Below are positions 12,301-19,918 of a stretch of DNA of 64,000 bases, piece after piece. Where the stretch lies: positions 42,776 to 106,775 of the IMG/VR virus record IMGVR_UViG_3300049491_000418; one strand, 5' to 3'. The notes beneath the pieces are model-generated. The model was given only the letters and a program-made list of their open reading frames with translations, was not told where the DNA came from and made no database searches. Every line of letters begins with the position of its first letter. The first letter of the stretch is position 1. The position numbers and the translations under genes are program-made. The stretch is from a virus.

Positions 12301-14352
12301 CAGGGTTCTAACCATGATACAGCAAACATCAATGATCCTTACTTAGTATTTAAAAAACAACTTCAATTAGAAAGTGCCAGAAATACTATCATCTCTGGTT
12401 TAGATAGAGAAGGAAAAATTATTCCTGCTGTAGATAGTATTATGAAAACATCTTTTGTTGGTAAATTGAAAAGCCACATTGATAACTACAGAGATGCTTT
12501 TGCTGAGATGTTGCTTTCAGATAGAAATAGAGTTAGAGAAGTAATGGAAGATGTGTTACGTCCTTATAGTAAAATGAGTGATAGAGACTTTGTTAAGATT
12601 TCACAAAAAGCTGTTAATGATTTATTTGACTGGGCTGTTCAAAATGATAGAAGTATCAATAACAAAGTTGTTAGTACCTTGTTAGGAACAGATACTGAGA
12701 AAAGTGCTGCTAAACAAATTATAGAATACAGAGATAGTATATTGGGTAATCCTGCTAAAAACATTCCTGCTAAACCTGATCATCCTTTATTTGATAACAT
12801 CATTTTGAACTCTGTTACTTTAGAGGCTGGAGAAAATAACAAAAAGGTAGACAATATCTATCTAGGAAAAATTAGTAAAACATATGATCAAAACTTAGTA
12901 ATCTATGGTTTTAATGAATTAAGAACACACTTGAAAAATGAAAGCAATCCTTTATATGGTAAAATAGTTAGACTAGCTGTCTTACAATCAGGGTTAACAA
13001 ACTCTAAGATAGCTTTTACAGCTCTTCTTCCTTATAAAGATTTCAAGGAAGTATACAATGCTACCTTGTCTCAGTTAGAAGAAAAAGAAAATCTTTCTGA
13101 TTTTAAAAATATAGATGTTTTTGAAAGAAACAATTGGAATAACAGAGATGCAATTCCTATGGTTAGAGGAGAGATGAGAGAGTCTAAAAATAGTGTTGAC
13201 TTTGGTACATATGATTTAAATGCTGCTTTTGTTGGGAAACAGCTTAAGAGAGCTATCAATGCTTTTCAAGTACCTCATGTAGTAAATATTTCTGCTACTT
13301 CTCAAGAGGGACGTTCAGAATTTATTGTTTATACTTGGGAAAGTTATCTTCCTAAACCTAAACGTATTAGAGCTAAAAAGACTGGGGATAAAAGTCATAT
13401 CAATAAATACCTTATGAAAAAGGTTTACACAGTTAATGAAAAAGGAGAAAGAGTTCCTTATATTAATGTTTCTGAAGATAAAAATGTTCCTGGTAAATTT
13501 TATTATAAATTTGTATACAAAGCAATTAATGCTTGGGGAGATAGTTTCAAAGCTCAAGAACTTTATGATGAGGTAGTTCCTTCTAAGTTAGATAATGACT
13601 TCAAAAAGATTGAGTTAAAAAATGAAGCTAATACTGGCAGAAGACTTGGTGCTCCTGAAGTTGAGGATAGTTTAATCGTAGACCTTATGGAAGGAAGAAT
13701 AACAGCTGATCAGTTAAAAGCTATCAACCTTGCAAAAGATATAGATGCTTTAGGAATTTCACCAGATGTAAATGCTCCTATAGAGCCTCTAGCGGAGGAA
13801 GGTCCTAGATATTATGAAGGAGAAATTACTCCTTCTGCTGATACAGTATTTGTATTTGGTAGTAATCCTGAAGGAAGACATGGTGATGGTGCTGCTGCTG
13901 AAGCTATGGCTAAGTTTGGTGCCAAGTACTATCAAGGTAGAGGTTTACAAGGAGGTGCTTATGCTCTTGTTACTAAAAACCTAAAATCAGGATTTAAAGA
14001 ACCAAAAACTGGTATCACCTATGATGTTGCTGGGGAAAGATCTGTTAGACCTGATCAAATTGTTAATAACATTATAGAAATGTATACTGTGGCTAGAGCT
14101 AATCCTACTAAGAAATTCAAAATAGGATTTAGAAATACTATAAGTAAATCTCGTAATGGATATACAGGTTATGAGATGATGGACATGTTCAAGAATGCTG
14201 GTGAGATACCTGCTAATGTTTACTTCAGTAAAGAATGGGTAGATACAGGTAAGATGGATGCTGATTATACATCATTGGCAGAATCAAAAATAATTAATCC
14301 TAATAATGCTCCTGGTATATTACCAGAGATAGACAGAACCACTGAATGTTAA
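337..14352 (+). CDS. Giant virion-packaged DNA-dependent RNA polymerase (crAss-like, phi14:2 gp66-type), multidomain
   Basis: 4671 aa; RIPTQ...GSDFDIDKL with DxDxD motif DFDID at 11089-11103; zincin-like YHEVFE at 6790; coiled-coil and acidic linker regions; C-terminal VFVFGSN..GRHG.GAA domain. Confidence 0.9.
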   Translation: MEEEIGLMNDLPTASNISVPSGDNPNISSAHELPVNLGGTASGLPVYVPNNPSTRGSGKPEFREQSLEEIMDGMDISDKSGALDYVSARDLPGSGRYDKGVYVGRDAEEMYAQQQSTAEKWGNGVAKMVGTAATTFVSGTVGTLNGIGAMFAENRLAAFYDNDTNRKMDEYNKKMEDYLPNYYTQAETSASWLSPKNVWTANFWSDKVIKNLGFSIGSMAGGAAWSKAFGFVGKINALVRAEKGLETLTAVEAAMVNANSVSKFGAVSKALNGLATKYVNPAGAYILANGERATIALMGTMGEASMEALQNMNDFRNKLIKEYKLQSGVEPSGEDLEEINNMADHVGNFTWGMNVALLSATNYIQLPKILNSSKTAERRAINELAKESVAEGATIAEKTAAKYGAKASNLERAFGKPGKLFGDYLVNPVSLLFAPSEAFEEGMQFAIQTGVEDYFNRAHQNEQDTNDFWNNTLDSMGNVFSYGVKQALTTKEGLEGILIGGISGGLQTSFSPFGENNIKERGFTGTGGQVGRNTAAAITEINNSKNLTQALKDARNFVSIGIGSQKNRQEAVANNDTFNEKNFEKDYALSYIMPRVKYGKIDAVLSELDLYRRQALSDAGFEDLKASEVVLENETKQQFIKRLDNIESTSRQVSKTYDIINDRYSNITDEKGRRLYDDKVVDELVYAAAKTVDADERLKDLSSEMSLAGLGIDRLRTAMQASPSWEDNNTKGVIKDAEVQKEINALFAEAKIKDPNNLQNYREKVFDFANLLVDRKRYIDDYNKRILTPEEFSAPDVDTTEYPPIGSPKEVMKVTTSTGDVNVNVGEEYIMGRVTLKSKKGHDVYEAPTITILGQNEDGTLKVKKEDGTIVSMDPEELESRSLTKAEDVRKNPKISFYIYNWNVVWKNRSVKGADGKAAVGRIVYDKKQDRLLFQYIGKGGVLMEQEVINTMFSYKTATKLGFKQPYITAQSVLTPAQEASMEKFIESKMSFSEKIKARNSIISNLYETSKARLEQVTKELTSAKEKVDKAASTIEEQVKKGIETKEGTWKVKAIKSITKMARDLGALDASLLQQIEDLENEKEELEATIPYFKDFLEDIMSTPESGKEMIEDIKKDINDLEDLIDTTKDAISKTKSAIKLVEDLLKNALGVFNDYVKRLKEENPNMPLFLDDFLAKLEKYLGEEGAKQFVADKLGFTEQVLELDSDISDFKDELKIPDLQKRASTLSTDLKELEKGLDDLIAAQMAKAKILDEFKEFADREKAVQAEEKRMHTNPTLVKDLIGTLNKTVQNFFGNKAYDPMSKKPDMAVVRSTRPISDGKPHQERANHFGARMDSFSKKKRDSIRGIIVTQKTQGGVIDGLVEHLLSQVPEEDKEKYPANEVIALVMVEVDKKGNQFLLDQDGKRLSKDADVINSAIYQVFPTKSLKGNYVDADGNRKFGSMFRDDTPQSTVDSLTKQYAAWVDDQLAADAMPAPYKVSASFGYPELQKVMGETKEEIDHNARTSAKAAGLVTDVMLEREPVIQVKTSDAPVTLGNVTFTSPKGRVFLTLPNGIAKLFNRKFTATEAETIYDVLLQVTKNVRDHGEVRPETERLFNWLRSTTYWGFSKDRQGNPKPAGYNNMWFQEVTDTNNEKRLKLYISGKTTDPTQAIDFTYSSLYNRKGDIMMLLQNMYNNTSNHLTNESNWQNPYSQIVGINEDGSPQTVDWPNYQSYLLSDKMPDGGVRKNEDIPLITKFRPLVDENDTNRKGIYFTLKSGPTSFTMPEKEEATPATSEEPSASTTPTDSAPTVTPTKEEGSISMTIDGYEFDGKTPNTMELNAGPITFTVDIEKQMADGAGVSITSPGETVEALIAAKGYAEDHAYNVINATVLARLKPSLEKGIAELKARQTGKVEQKEPSVEASAVITPTPKVGKLDLTGENWNPINTKYGPTRFKINADKFLAGDVSLSAINVEMDPDLVDAVIEAKQSQNYDEEAAHKFIQQNVLFLIKDELALYDIKKNSSTPLENPPVEDTTEEAPAEEETIEEIDEVREATDESVNAPTETEIADGNNTTIEEAAPKKRGGFGKVDPNRIPLRDRKEYRLQVLKEAKAFEGENWEKVEKWLAANFPGLPVYRVKNMIKASNGRQAWGALMDGSIYLTQNAEVGTVYHEVFEAVWKMFAGPKEKNAIIKEFRNRPGYYKDRFTGKLIKFSRATDAELKEELAEEFRDKVLYGKDPVRIKGRNLISRLFNELLDFIHKFFTGKEAVNNTKQLFDKIGNGYYKNIHNPYLTKLSFPQEGIIDIEDMDVGDNAELRINNIPAIQVHDIIQHMTYSLLAPLSESNDILFSLSDILSKGKTKIYAELQEEVLGAINEKGLVLVDKEASGQKLTDSEQRMFDNLETLYNNVETEWKNIVEEHVNYLKTYALEFDENDELNINEGEQSGKEDWQDARTIDSFRKSNSAIKLLLGTLPVKTMKNGYPETVYSSIGGYTLLPANAVHIDLMNRLHDSVDIDEMMERLQNIALNDPKYFQLFERLTGKQPSANQDVYSDISDSDFRLISSFWRVLKKQNADVITVFIQPGGEVIVSDSTLASATKEAKRDMMSKIIDTMKTEKTPYFSYNSKTGRYSATKVLKDVTFSSEMSSYTNFLKNLGIKIDPVKLSDTLDENQKKMFRKTVGFIKETIEVIGDKVKTTNPDTGEEMTIDTGIMSINTSTLNIDADMTRLGIIQAILENPVFESTYFNINGQRTQSYVGTNTVSSFYDVLSKVVDFSEDLQEPQNKGFRYLLTDKFAKNSQILKKLFVQNDDGSYGERKDGTEGIMKTVFIDGTIDEYSGKKKESSKLNYVQRFVQELNLNLEGIYLNLVPGDASIEHAVRLHSDDNPFVNKDSYENGRHLPIFRDYFIDEVELARDERLVANVSGRNSTDLRFFKSILEDKSKANKNALHDEIMYDEKNKDKTSEELYKSYESQINTAVNKFIVEQGKETQRLFNKFNIIQANPENGLEAPGLNFKQDELKPEFLAQKLEVMAVNYMIANIEFHKLIYSDPYQYSDELKRIKNFNSPRQALVFNSQTLGKFLQDFYNKGVNPKDKAAYTDFQRDHFRTVTIDDIFSTNKNKDYEDPFEETDGGGYITIQALRKFRLRLGDWTPANERQFQFDLDYERKVKAGASAEDLRKFLKRNPNIKNTYTPVKPIVSGNKENGRDFNDVVLHKFALVPLSYRVLHELQENSYAIKLLDKMVNDDIDYAVYASGSKVGTETVHELYNEDGTFNNTPFESQREKEGFLPNNVKRGVSNIPFSIVGLQTEVPSKDTPLVTQGSQITKLVTMDFMEAGMPVDFMPEAEFMDRFAVWTTTDEEGRMKSELYRMVQHNQNLLEAKIVEGYNSLLKKLGIVQGKEGDNLTFTITDRDKFIKTLKDEILKREVNYNITDSFDGFESGHVVLEATPAYQQIRNILYSIADKNVVRPKISGGMKVQIPSSLLLEQHRVNIGSFKNKAGEIKQIFESSELEFYTKSEDGKSVNVAEIMVGRWFKSDKTDEELIEYFNNDPEGKKQLEALAGIAFRIPTQKQNSIDVFKIKKFLPKDFGDSVVVPSALVKKVGSDFDIDKLSIYLKNLYPGKDKNLKTVPYLGTGDQALDKFRKLFDEGEFDEYVKTFKDFLDLDSAEDRLLESIFPEDYAEQRSIQKEDVVNKLYKESLENEYIRSLEGLVSHPSNYEALVKPNSAQDLKDITNDINERKGLEKTDYTNVGNMLNRGFMSKQRHEFVTGKQAIGIAAVAQTNHSQNQRSPLFLDFRKLKKEGMDELDRTLLGGNPKAKSYANNPRINFKHYNSILVDGIAFPTLSLIKAAGQATEYISDTIGMFIDGYVDVAKGGWIMEMGATPNTAGTWLYLIKIGVPIKDVAYFMNQPIIVDYLQRIENKGQTWLFSEGNILKTLELYESPEDTSKPEVRAVIDSITSIPNLSTLKSNIGKTIEDMTPQELYEQHFMLKEFVKYAKQASQLFEVTQGSNHDTANINDPYLVFKKQLQLESARNTIISGLDREGKIIPAVDSIMKTSFVGKLKSHIDNYRDAFAEMLLSDRNRVREVMEDVLRPYSKMSDRDFVKISQKAVNDLFDWAVQNDRSINNKVVSTLLGTDTEKSAAKQIIEYRDSILGNPAKNIPAKPDHPLFDNIILNSVTLEAGENNKKVDNIYLGKISKTYDQNLVIYGFNELRTHLKNESNPLYGKIVRLAVLQSGLTNSKIAFTALLPYKDFKEVYNATLSQLEEKENLSDFKNIDVFERNNWNNRDAIPMVRGEMRESKNSVDFGTYDLNAAFVGKQLKRAINAFQVPHVVNISATSQEGRSEFIVYTWESYLPKPKRIRAKKTGDKSHINKYLMKKVYTVNEKGERVPYINVSEDKNVPGKFYYKFVYKAINAWGDSFKAQELYDEVVPSKLDNDFKKIELKNEANTGRRLGAPEVEDSLIVDLMEGRITADQLKAINLAKDIDALGISPDVNAPIEPLAEEGPRYYEGEITPSADTVFVFGSNPEGRHGDGAAAEAMAKFGAKYYQGRGLQGGAYALVTKNLKSGFKEPKTGITYDVAGERSVRPDQIVNNIIEMYTVARANPTKKFKIGFRNTISKSRNGYTGYEMMDMFKNAGEIPANVYFSKEWVDTGKMDADYTSLAESKIINPNNAPGILPEIDRTTEC

Positions 14353-14356
14353 TACT

Positions 14357-17300
14357 ATGAGCTGTAAAATTCAAATAAAAGAGAATATTACTCAAGTTAT
14401 TGAGAAGAAAACTAGTGGTGCTACTGAAAAACCATTAGAAGAAGCTCAGGCTATTGGGATAGAAGTAAACAGTCAATTTGGTGTTGATGTTGTTTCCTTC
14501 TCCCAAACTCCAGATTATCTTGTAAAGAGAACTATTTCTATTCCTGATAGTCTTGTAGATATCTATTATGATAATGAAGTAGCTTTAGAGGAATCAGAGA
14601 AGGCATCTATTGTTGAAACTCCCAGTATTGTACCCACTTCTAAGGCTACTAGTGAAACTCTTATTAAGGTAAAAGAGGTTATGCAACAAATGAAAGTAAG
14701 TTTTCAATTATTGCATGACTACGCAAAAGGTAACCCAGCAATAGAAACAAAAGATGTTAGTGGACTTGCTGATCTATCTGCAGGAGTAATAGCTGTAGCT
14801 CAAGGTTCAGAAAGTGCTACATTAACAGAGGAAATGGTCCATATAGCTACTGCTATTTTGGAACAAACAGATCCTAAGTTAATAACATCACTTATATCTA
14901 AGATTGAGAGATTTAAAATTTACAAACTTACTTATGATGCTTATAAAGGAAATAAGAATTACCAGTTATCAAATGGTAAACCAGACATACGTAAGATTAA
15001 AAAAGAAGCTGTTGATAAACTGATTGCTGAATATATTGTTAAACAATCTCAAGGTAACTCAGATTTTCCAGAACTTACTGAACAAAGAGAAAGAAACTTG
15101 GTTCAATCATGGTGGGATTCTATTCTTGAATATTTAAGAAGCTTGTATGGTAAATCTAAAGTGGATTTATTTGCACAAGCTGCAGATCATATCATGTCTG
15201 GTAATATAGGTACTATTGAAGATATTAAAGCTCAAGGAGTTTACTATCAATTAGGAACTGATGCAGTTGGAGATAATCCTCTTGTTGATAAGTTTGTTAA
15301 TATCATCAATGACATTGACAGTAGAATGAAACTTGATCCTAATCCTTCAGATAGACATTATACATTAGATGGTGAAAGGGTAGCAACTAGTGTTACTGAG
15401 AAGATTGGTAAATCTAAAAATCTACCTGATAGAACTCCTGAACAAAAGATTAGTGATGATCAAAAGAAAACATGGGGTTCTGAAGGACATATGTATATTG
15501 AAAAGTATATAAAAACCAATCTTATAGATCAAGATGGATTTAAAAAACCATTTACAAATAGTCTTATAAATACTACTCTTGATAGTGAAGCTCAAGAAAA
15601 ACTTAATAGGTTTGCTGAGAACTTGATTAATTCCTATCCTAAAGGAACAAGATTTCTTATTGAAAAGAAAGCAGTTAATCAAAGAGAAAAAGGTATGCTT
15701 GGATCTACAATAGATTTCATAGCTGTATATCCTGCAAAAAAAGTAGATGGTTCTCCAGATGTGAATATAGATATACTTGACTGGAAGTTCACTGATATAG
15801 ATAAATCTATAGAGGAAGATGTTCCATATGTTAAACAAAAAGACTGGAAGCCTCAGATGGGTGAGTATACCAAGATGATGTATGAATACGGTTTCAAACC
15901 TGGTCAGATTAAAAAAGCCAGAATGATTCCTTTCATTATGAATTATGACAATATTGTTAAAGGAGATAGAAAAAGTGGTTTAAGACCAACCTCTATTGAA
16001 ATTGGAAAGGTTGACAGTCTTACTGAAACTAATTTATATTTACTTCCTGTTCCAATCAATTCTGAGAGCACAGGAAATGATGCCATTGATGATTTGTTGA
16101 AATCTCTTAGAGGATACTGGGAGAAAATGTATTCAAAACAAGTTATTCCAGAAGCCAGAGCAACAAAACTGATTCATTTGAATCAATTAAGTAAAGCTAT
16201 CCGTATATTACATGTTACTTTGAACTTTGCTCCTCTTGTAAGTGTTGGTAAAACCTTCATCTCAACCTCTAGGGCTTCTCTAGATTCATTTAAAGGTGTG
16301 GATTATACTAAGTTATCAAAAGAACAAATTGAGGCCAAATTACAAGACTTAATTGAGTTTAAAAACACTGCATTGAACTTTGCATCATTAGATGAGGCAT
16401 ATATTTCTCATTATGGAGATGTTAATCTTACTGATGAGGCAAATAAAATATTATTAGGTCTTAAAGCTGTTTCTGCAAATGCCAAATCTAAATTAAAGGA
16501 AATTCTAGAACTTCAAAAAGAATATGTAGCACAAATTGCTGTTAGAGAAAATTTTGTTAATGAAAACAATAAAACTTCTTTATTTGATGCTGAGAAAGAG
16601 ATTGGTGCACTTATCAAAAATTTTGTAGAAGGAAGTAGACTTCCCGCCAAGCTTATAAATTTTGCTTCTAATCTTATCATGAGAGTGAAAAGATCTGCTG
16701 AGAAAAGATTCATAGAGAAGTTTGATGAATTTAAAAAAGTATTACTTCCTTTAGAAGAGGAAGCTTCTAGACAAGGTAAAAGAGCATTTGATATGATAGG
16801 AACTGTTGATAAAACAGGACTACATCTTATAAAAAAAGTTGATAAAAAGTTCTGGACCGATGTAAAGGATGCTAAAGAGAAAGGTAAGGAGAACAAAAAA
16901 TTTCTTATGGATAATATGGATATGGAAAAATTCAATTCCTTGGCTAAAGAAGCTATAAATAAAGGAGTTGAAGAGCTTAAACTTATAGAGTTCTCTATGG
17001 ACAAAGAAAAAGATGATTATATTAGAAGTGGTAAGATCAAACGTCTAAGAAAATCAGTAGATATTAATAGAGAAGACTTTAATGGTTATAATGAATACCT
17101 ATTCAACCATATTTTTAGACAAGTTGTTAAGGCAGATGATCATTTATCTGAGGAATACAAGCAAATGAGTAAAAGTAAAGCATCCTTAGATGCTTGGAAC
17201 TTCTTTACAGCAATGAATGAGAAAGCTAGAGACATAGGATACATTGATAAACAAGGTATGTCCTTCTTTCCATTGATTGAAGCTAGTATTGTTGATAAAT

Positions 17301-19252
17301 TTAGACAAACAAGTAATGCTGGAGTTGAGTTAAAGAACTTCTTTAAAGATTTATATACTGTTAGAGAGTCTGAAGAGCAAATTTTCTCTAAAAAAGATTC
17401 AGAAACAGGAGAAATTAAGAAATCTATACCAAAACACTTCACAAAACAAGGAAATCTTGCTACAGAAAGACTTTCTACTGATTTAAACAAGGTAGGGGCA
17501 CTCTGGATCAAAGCTTTAATGGATTATGAAGCCAAACAATCAATTGAGAATACCCTATTAACTATTCAGGCTGTTGAAAGAGCTAAAGGAAGTCTTGTTG
17601 TTAATGAACAAGGTGATTTAGTTAGTGAAGGGGGTAAGTTTGTTGTTAATAAATCTGTAAATAAGAATGCAGATATAATGGAAGCCATCTTAAATGATGC
17701 TATATATGATTTGCAGGAAGACTTAGGGAATATTGGTAACATTACTATCCAAAAAACAGCAAACAAACTTGGTAAAACAGCTGAAGGTAAAGAAAACCTA
17801 AATGTATCTATTAAAAAAGGACTTAAGAATGCTGATACTCTTACTAGAGCTCTTGCTGTTGGTCTAAAACCATTAATTGGTTTGGCTAACTGGATGGGTT
17901 ATAATTTACATGCTGTTATTACAGGAGGTAATATGTATACTGTTGCAGAATTTATGAAAAACAATGCAAGAGTAACTGTATTTGGAGGACTCTCATTAGA
18001 ACATAAAGCTCTATTACACTTAGTAACTACTGCTCCTGATGATGAGATGACAGAGATGAGAAGAAAAGCAGCCAGAGAAAAAAGTCTAATATCTTATCTT
18101 TCCACATGGTCATTCAGTGATGTTATGATGCTCACTAACTCTTTCCCTGAAAGAAAATTAGCTTTAGCTAGCGCTAAAAGCTTTAATGACAATGCTATAA
18201 TAATTGATGGTAAGATTGTAAATGCCAGACAATATCTTAGAAAACAAGATAGATCTCAAAAATATAAGTTATCTCCTTCTGAAAGAAAGGTTCTTGAAAG
18301 ATCCTTTGATGATAGAGTTAAATCTTTATTAGAATCTTCAACCAAGTTAACTTCAGCTGTTAAAGTAACAGATGAAAAGATTACAATTGAAGGAGTATTA
18401 GAAGATGAGATTGTAAAATATAGTTTGAAAGTATCTGAATTTTCCAGAAACATGAATGGCTCTATGAACATAGATAACAAAGCTGGTTATAGAAGAGATA
18501 CCATGTTCAGTTCATTTATGATGTTTAAGAACTGGATCCCTAAATTATTAATTTCTAGAACAGGAGAGATAAAATATAACCTTGAAACAGAAGATTGGGA
18601 GTATGGTAGAATGAGAGCATTTGCTAAGGTATTTGCTGATAGTGGCTTTAGTGTTATTAAGAATATGAGAGCAATTATAACAGGTTCTCCTGAAGGACTA
18701 GCTATCCTTGATAGACTTCTACAGGAAAAGAAAGATGCATACTTTGAAAAAACTGGTCAAGAGTTAGAAATAACTGAAGAGGAGTTTTATGATTTAATGA
18801 GAAGAGAACTTGTTAATGAAGCCAAAGAACTTGGTATGTTATTTACCACATTTGCTATGGCAGCTATGATAGGTTTTATAAAACCACCTGAAGATGCTAC
18901 AAATGATGAAAAAAATAAATGGAAGTTATGGGCTAAAGCATCTAATAAGATAGCGGAAGAACTTAGTTTTTATTATAGTCCTTTATCTATGGAAAGTATT
19001 ACTAAAGGAAGTATATTACCTTCTTTAGGTTTATTAACAAAAGCATGGAGATTTTTTACAGCATTTAGTAAAGAATCTTATGGATATACAACAGGAGATG
19101 AAGAACTAATGGATAAAACATATCCTATTAAGTATTTCTTTAATTTAATACCTGGATTGGCTCAATTTCAAAATGATTATCTTCCATACATTGATGCAGA
19201 ACTTGCTAAAGAGATGGGTATAAGAGTTACAGTAGAAGCCAGAAGACAATAA
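14357..19252 (+). CDS. Large virion/ejection protein with a PD-(D/E)xK nuclease-like domain
   Basis: 1631 aa directly after the RNAP; HYTLDG..SVT, WGSEGH, GSTIDF...ILDWKF...Q..Y motifs (~15355-15930); degenerate zincin-like TEEMVH at 14825. Confidence 0.75.
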   Translation: MSCKIQIKENITQVIEKKTSGATEKPLEEAQAIGIEVNSQFGVDVVSFSQTPDYLVKRTISIPDSLVDIYYDNEVALEESEKASIVETPSIVPTSKATSETLIKVKEVMQQMKVSFQLLHDYAKGNPAIETKDVSGLADLSAGVIAVAQGSESATLTEEMVHIATAILEQTDPKLITSLISKIERFKIYKLTYDAYKGNKNYQLSNGKPDIRKIKKEAVDKLIAEYIVKQSQGNSDFPELTEQRERNLVQSWWDSILEYLRSLYGKSKVDLFAQAADHIMSGNIGTIEDIKAQGVYYQLGTDAVGDNPLVDKFVNIINDIDSRMKLDPNPSDRHYTLDGERVATSVTEKIGKSKNLPDRTPEQKISDDQKKTWGSEGHMYIEKYIKTNLIDQDGFKKPFTNSLINTTLDSEAQEKLNRFAENLINSYPKGTRFLIEKKAVNQREKGMLGSTIDFIAVYPAKKVDGSPDVNIDILDWKFTDIDKSIEEDVPYVKQKDWKPQMGEYTKMMYEYGFKPGQIKKARMIPFIMNYDNIVKGDRKSGLRPTSIEIGKVDSLTETNLYLLPVPINSESTGNDAIDDLLKSLRGYWEKMYSKQVIPEARATKLIHLNQLSKAIRILHVTLNFAPLVSVGKTFISTSRASLDSFKGVDYTKLSKEQIEAKLQDLIEFKNTALNFASLDEAYISHYGDVNLTDEANKILLGLKAVSANAKSKLKEILELQKEYVAQIAVRENFVNENNKTSLFDAEKEIGALIKNFVEGSRLPAKLINFASNLIMRVKRSAEKRFIEKFDEFKKVLLPLEEEASRQGKRAFDMIGTVDKTGLHLIKKVDKKFWTDVKDAKEKGKENKKFLMDNMDMEKFNSLAKEAINKGVEELKLIEFSMDKEKDDYIRSGKIKRLRKSVDINREDFNGYNEYLFNHIFRQVVKADDHLSEEYKQMSKSKASLDAWNFFTAMNEKARDIGYIDKQGMSFFPLIEASIVDKFRQTSNAGVELKNFFKDLYTVRESEEQIFSKKDSETGEIKKSIPKHFTKQGNLATERLSTDLNKVGALWIKALMDYEAKQSIENTLLTIQAVERAKGSLVVNEQGDLVSEGGKFVVNKSVNKNADIMEAILNDAIYDLQEDLGNIGNITIQKTANKLGKTAEGKENLNVSIKKGLKNADTLTRALAVGLKPLIGLANWMGYNLHAVITGGNMYTVAEFMKNNARVTVFGGLSLEHKALLHLVTTAPDDEMTEMRRKAAREKSLISYLSTWSFSDVMMLTNSFPERKLALASAKSFNDNAIIIDGKIVNARQYLRKQDRSQKYKLSPSERKVLERSFDDRVKSLLESSTKLTSAVKVTDEKITIEGVLEDEIVKYSLKVSEFSRNMNGSMNIDNKAGYRRDTMFSSFMMFKNWIPKLLISRTGEIKYNLETEDWEYGRMRAFAKVFADSGFSVIKNMRAIITGSPEGLAILDRLLQEKKDAYFEKTGQELEITEEEFYDLMRRELVNEAKELGMLFTTFAMAAMIGFIKPPEDATNDEKNKWKLWAKASNKIAEELSFYYSPLSMESITKGSILPSLGLLTKAWRFFTAFSKESYGYTTGDEELMDKTYPIKYFFNLIPGLAQFQNDYLPYIDAELAKEMGIRVTVEARRQ

Positions 19253-19257
19253 TTTAC

Positions 19258-19265
19258 TATATTTG
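19258..19265 (+). promoter_or_regulatory. Bacteroidota-type -7 promoter element TATATTTG
   Basis: Exact TAnnTTTG 23 nt upstream of ATG 19289; no matching -33 TTTG. Confidence 0.5.
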
Positions 19266-19288
19266 TACAACTTAATTAATTAATAATC

Positions 19289-19918
19289 ATGGGAACACCA
19301 AGCAAACAAATTGGATGGAGTCAGGAATCAAACCTACTTCATGCAATATTAAGACAACTTGATCAACTTGCTGGCGTAATAGCTGTCAGTGGAGGAGGTG
19401 GACTAGATAACTTTGTTACTCTAAATACAGTCCAACCTATTGTTGCAAGGAAAGATTTCTCTGTAGTTGCAGGACCTGCATCTACTTTTACATCTTCTAC
19501 TGGAAATACAGTGAATGTTACTGCCACTACTGGTAGTGGTGTATATAGTACATCTGTTGATGGCCCAGCTATAGAAGGATTTTCAGTTAATGATCCAGGT
19601 ATTTTTGGGTATTCCAGTAATAGTGCTGGTGTATTTGCTCACTCACAGAACTTTGTTGCTCTTATTGTAGACTCTTTAAATCCAGGGAACCTTAGTGATT
19701 TAGCTAATTTTAATCTTAATGGAGTACCTGCAGTTAGAATTACTAATAATGGTAAATTAAGTCTAAAAGCTTCTACAACATTAGCTGCAGTATTAAATTT
19801 ACCTGTAGGAGTTGCTCCTACTGCTCCTGCTGATGGAGACATTTGGTTAGAGAGCACTGCTTTAACAGGGTTAAAAATAAGATTAGGTGGAGTAACTAGA
19901 ACTTTAACTATAACATAA
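19289..19918 (+). CDS. Putative tail fibre/decoration protein with N-terminal QIGWSQE motif
   Basis: G/S/T/A-rich with ~10-aa periodic GV(Y/F)xxS repeats (beta-helix-like) and C-terminal APTAPADGDIWL, typical of fibre proteins. Confidence 0.55.
   Translation: MGTPSKQIGWSQESNLLHAILRQLDQLAGVIAVSGGGGLDNFVTLNTVQPIVARKDFSVVAGPASTFTSSTGNTVNVTATTGSGVYSTSVDGPAIEGFSVNDPGIFGYSSNSAGVFAHSQNFVALIVDSLNPGNLSDLANFNLNGVPAVRITNNGKLSLKASTTLAAVLNLPVGVAPTAPADGDIWLESTALTGLKIRLGGVTRTLTIT

Noticed and set aside
770-18480. Many short nested or antisense ORFs within the two giant genes, and similar + strand ORFs within the - strand block
   Set aside because: Shadow ORFs with no motifs, fully overlapping well-supported genes.
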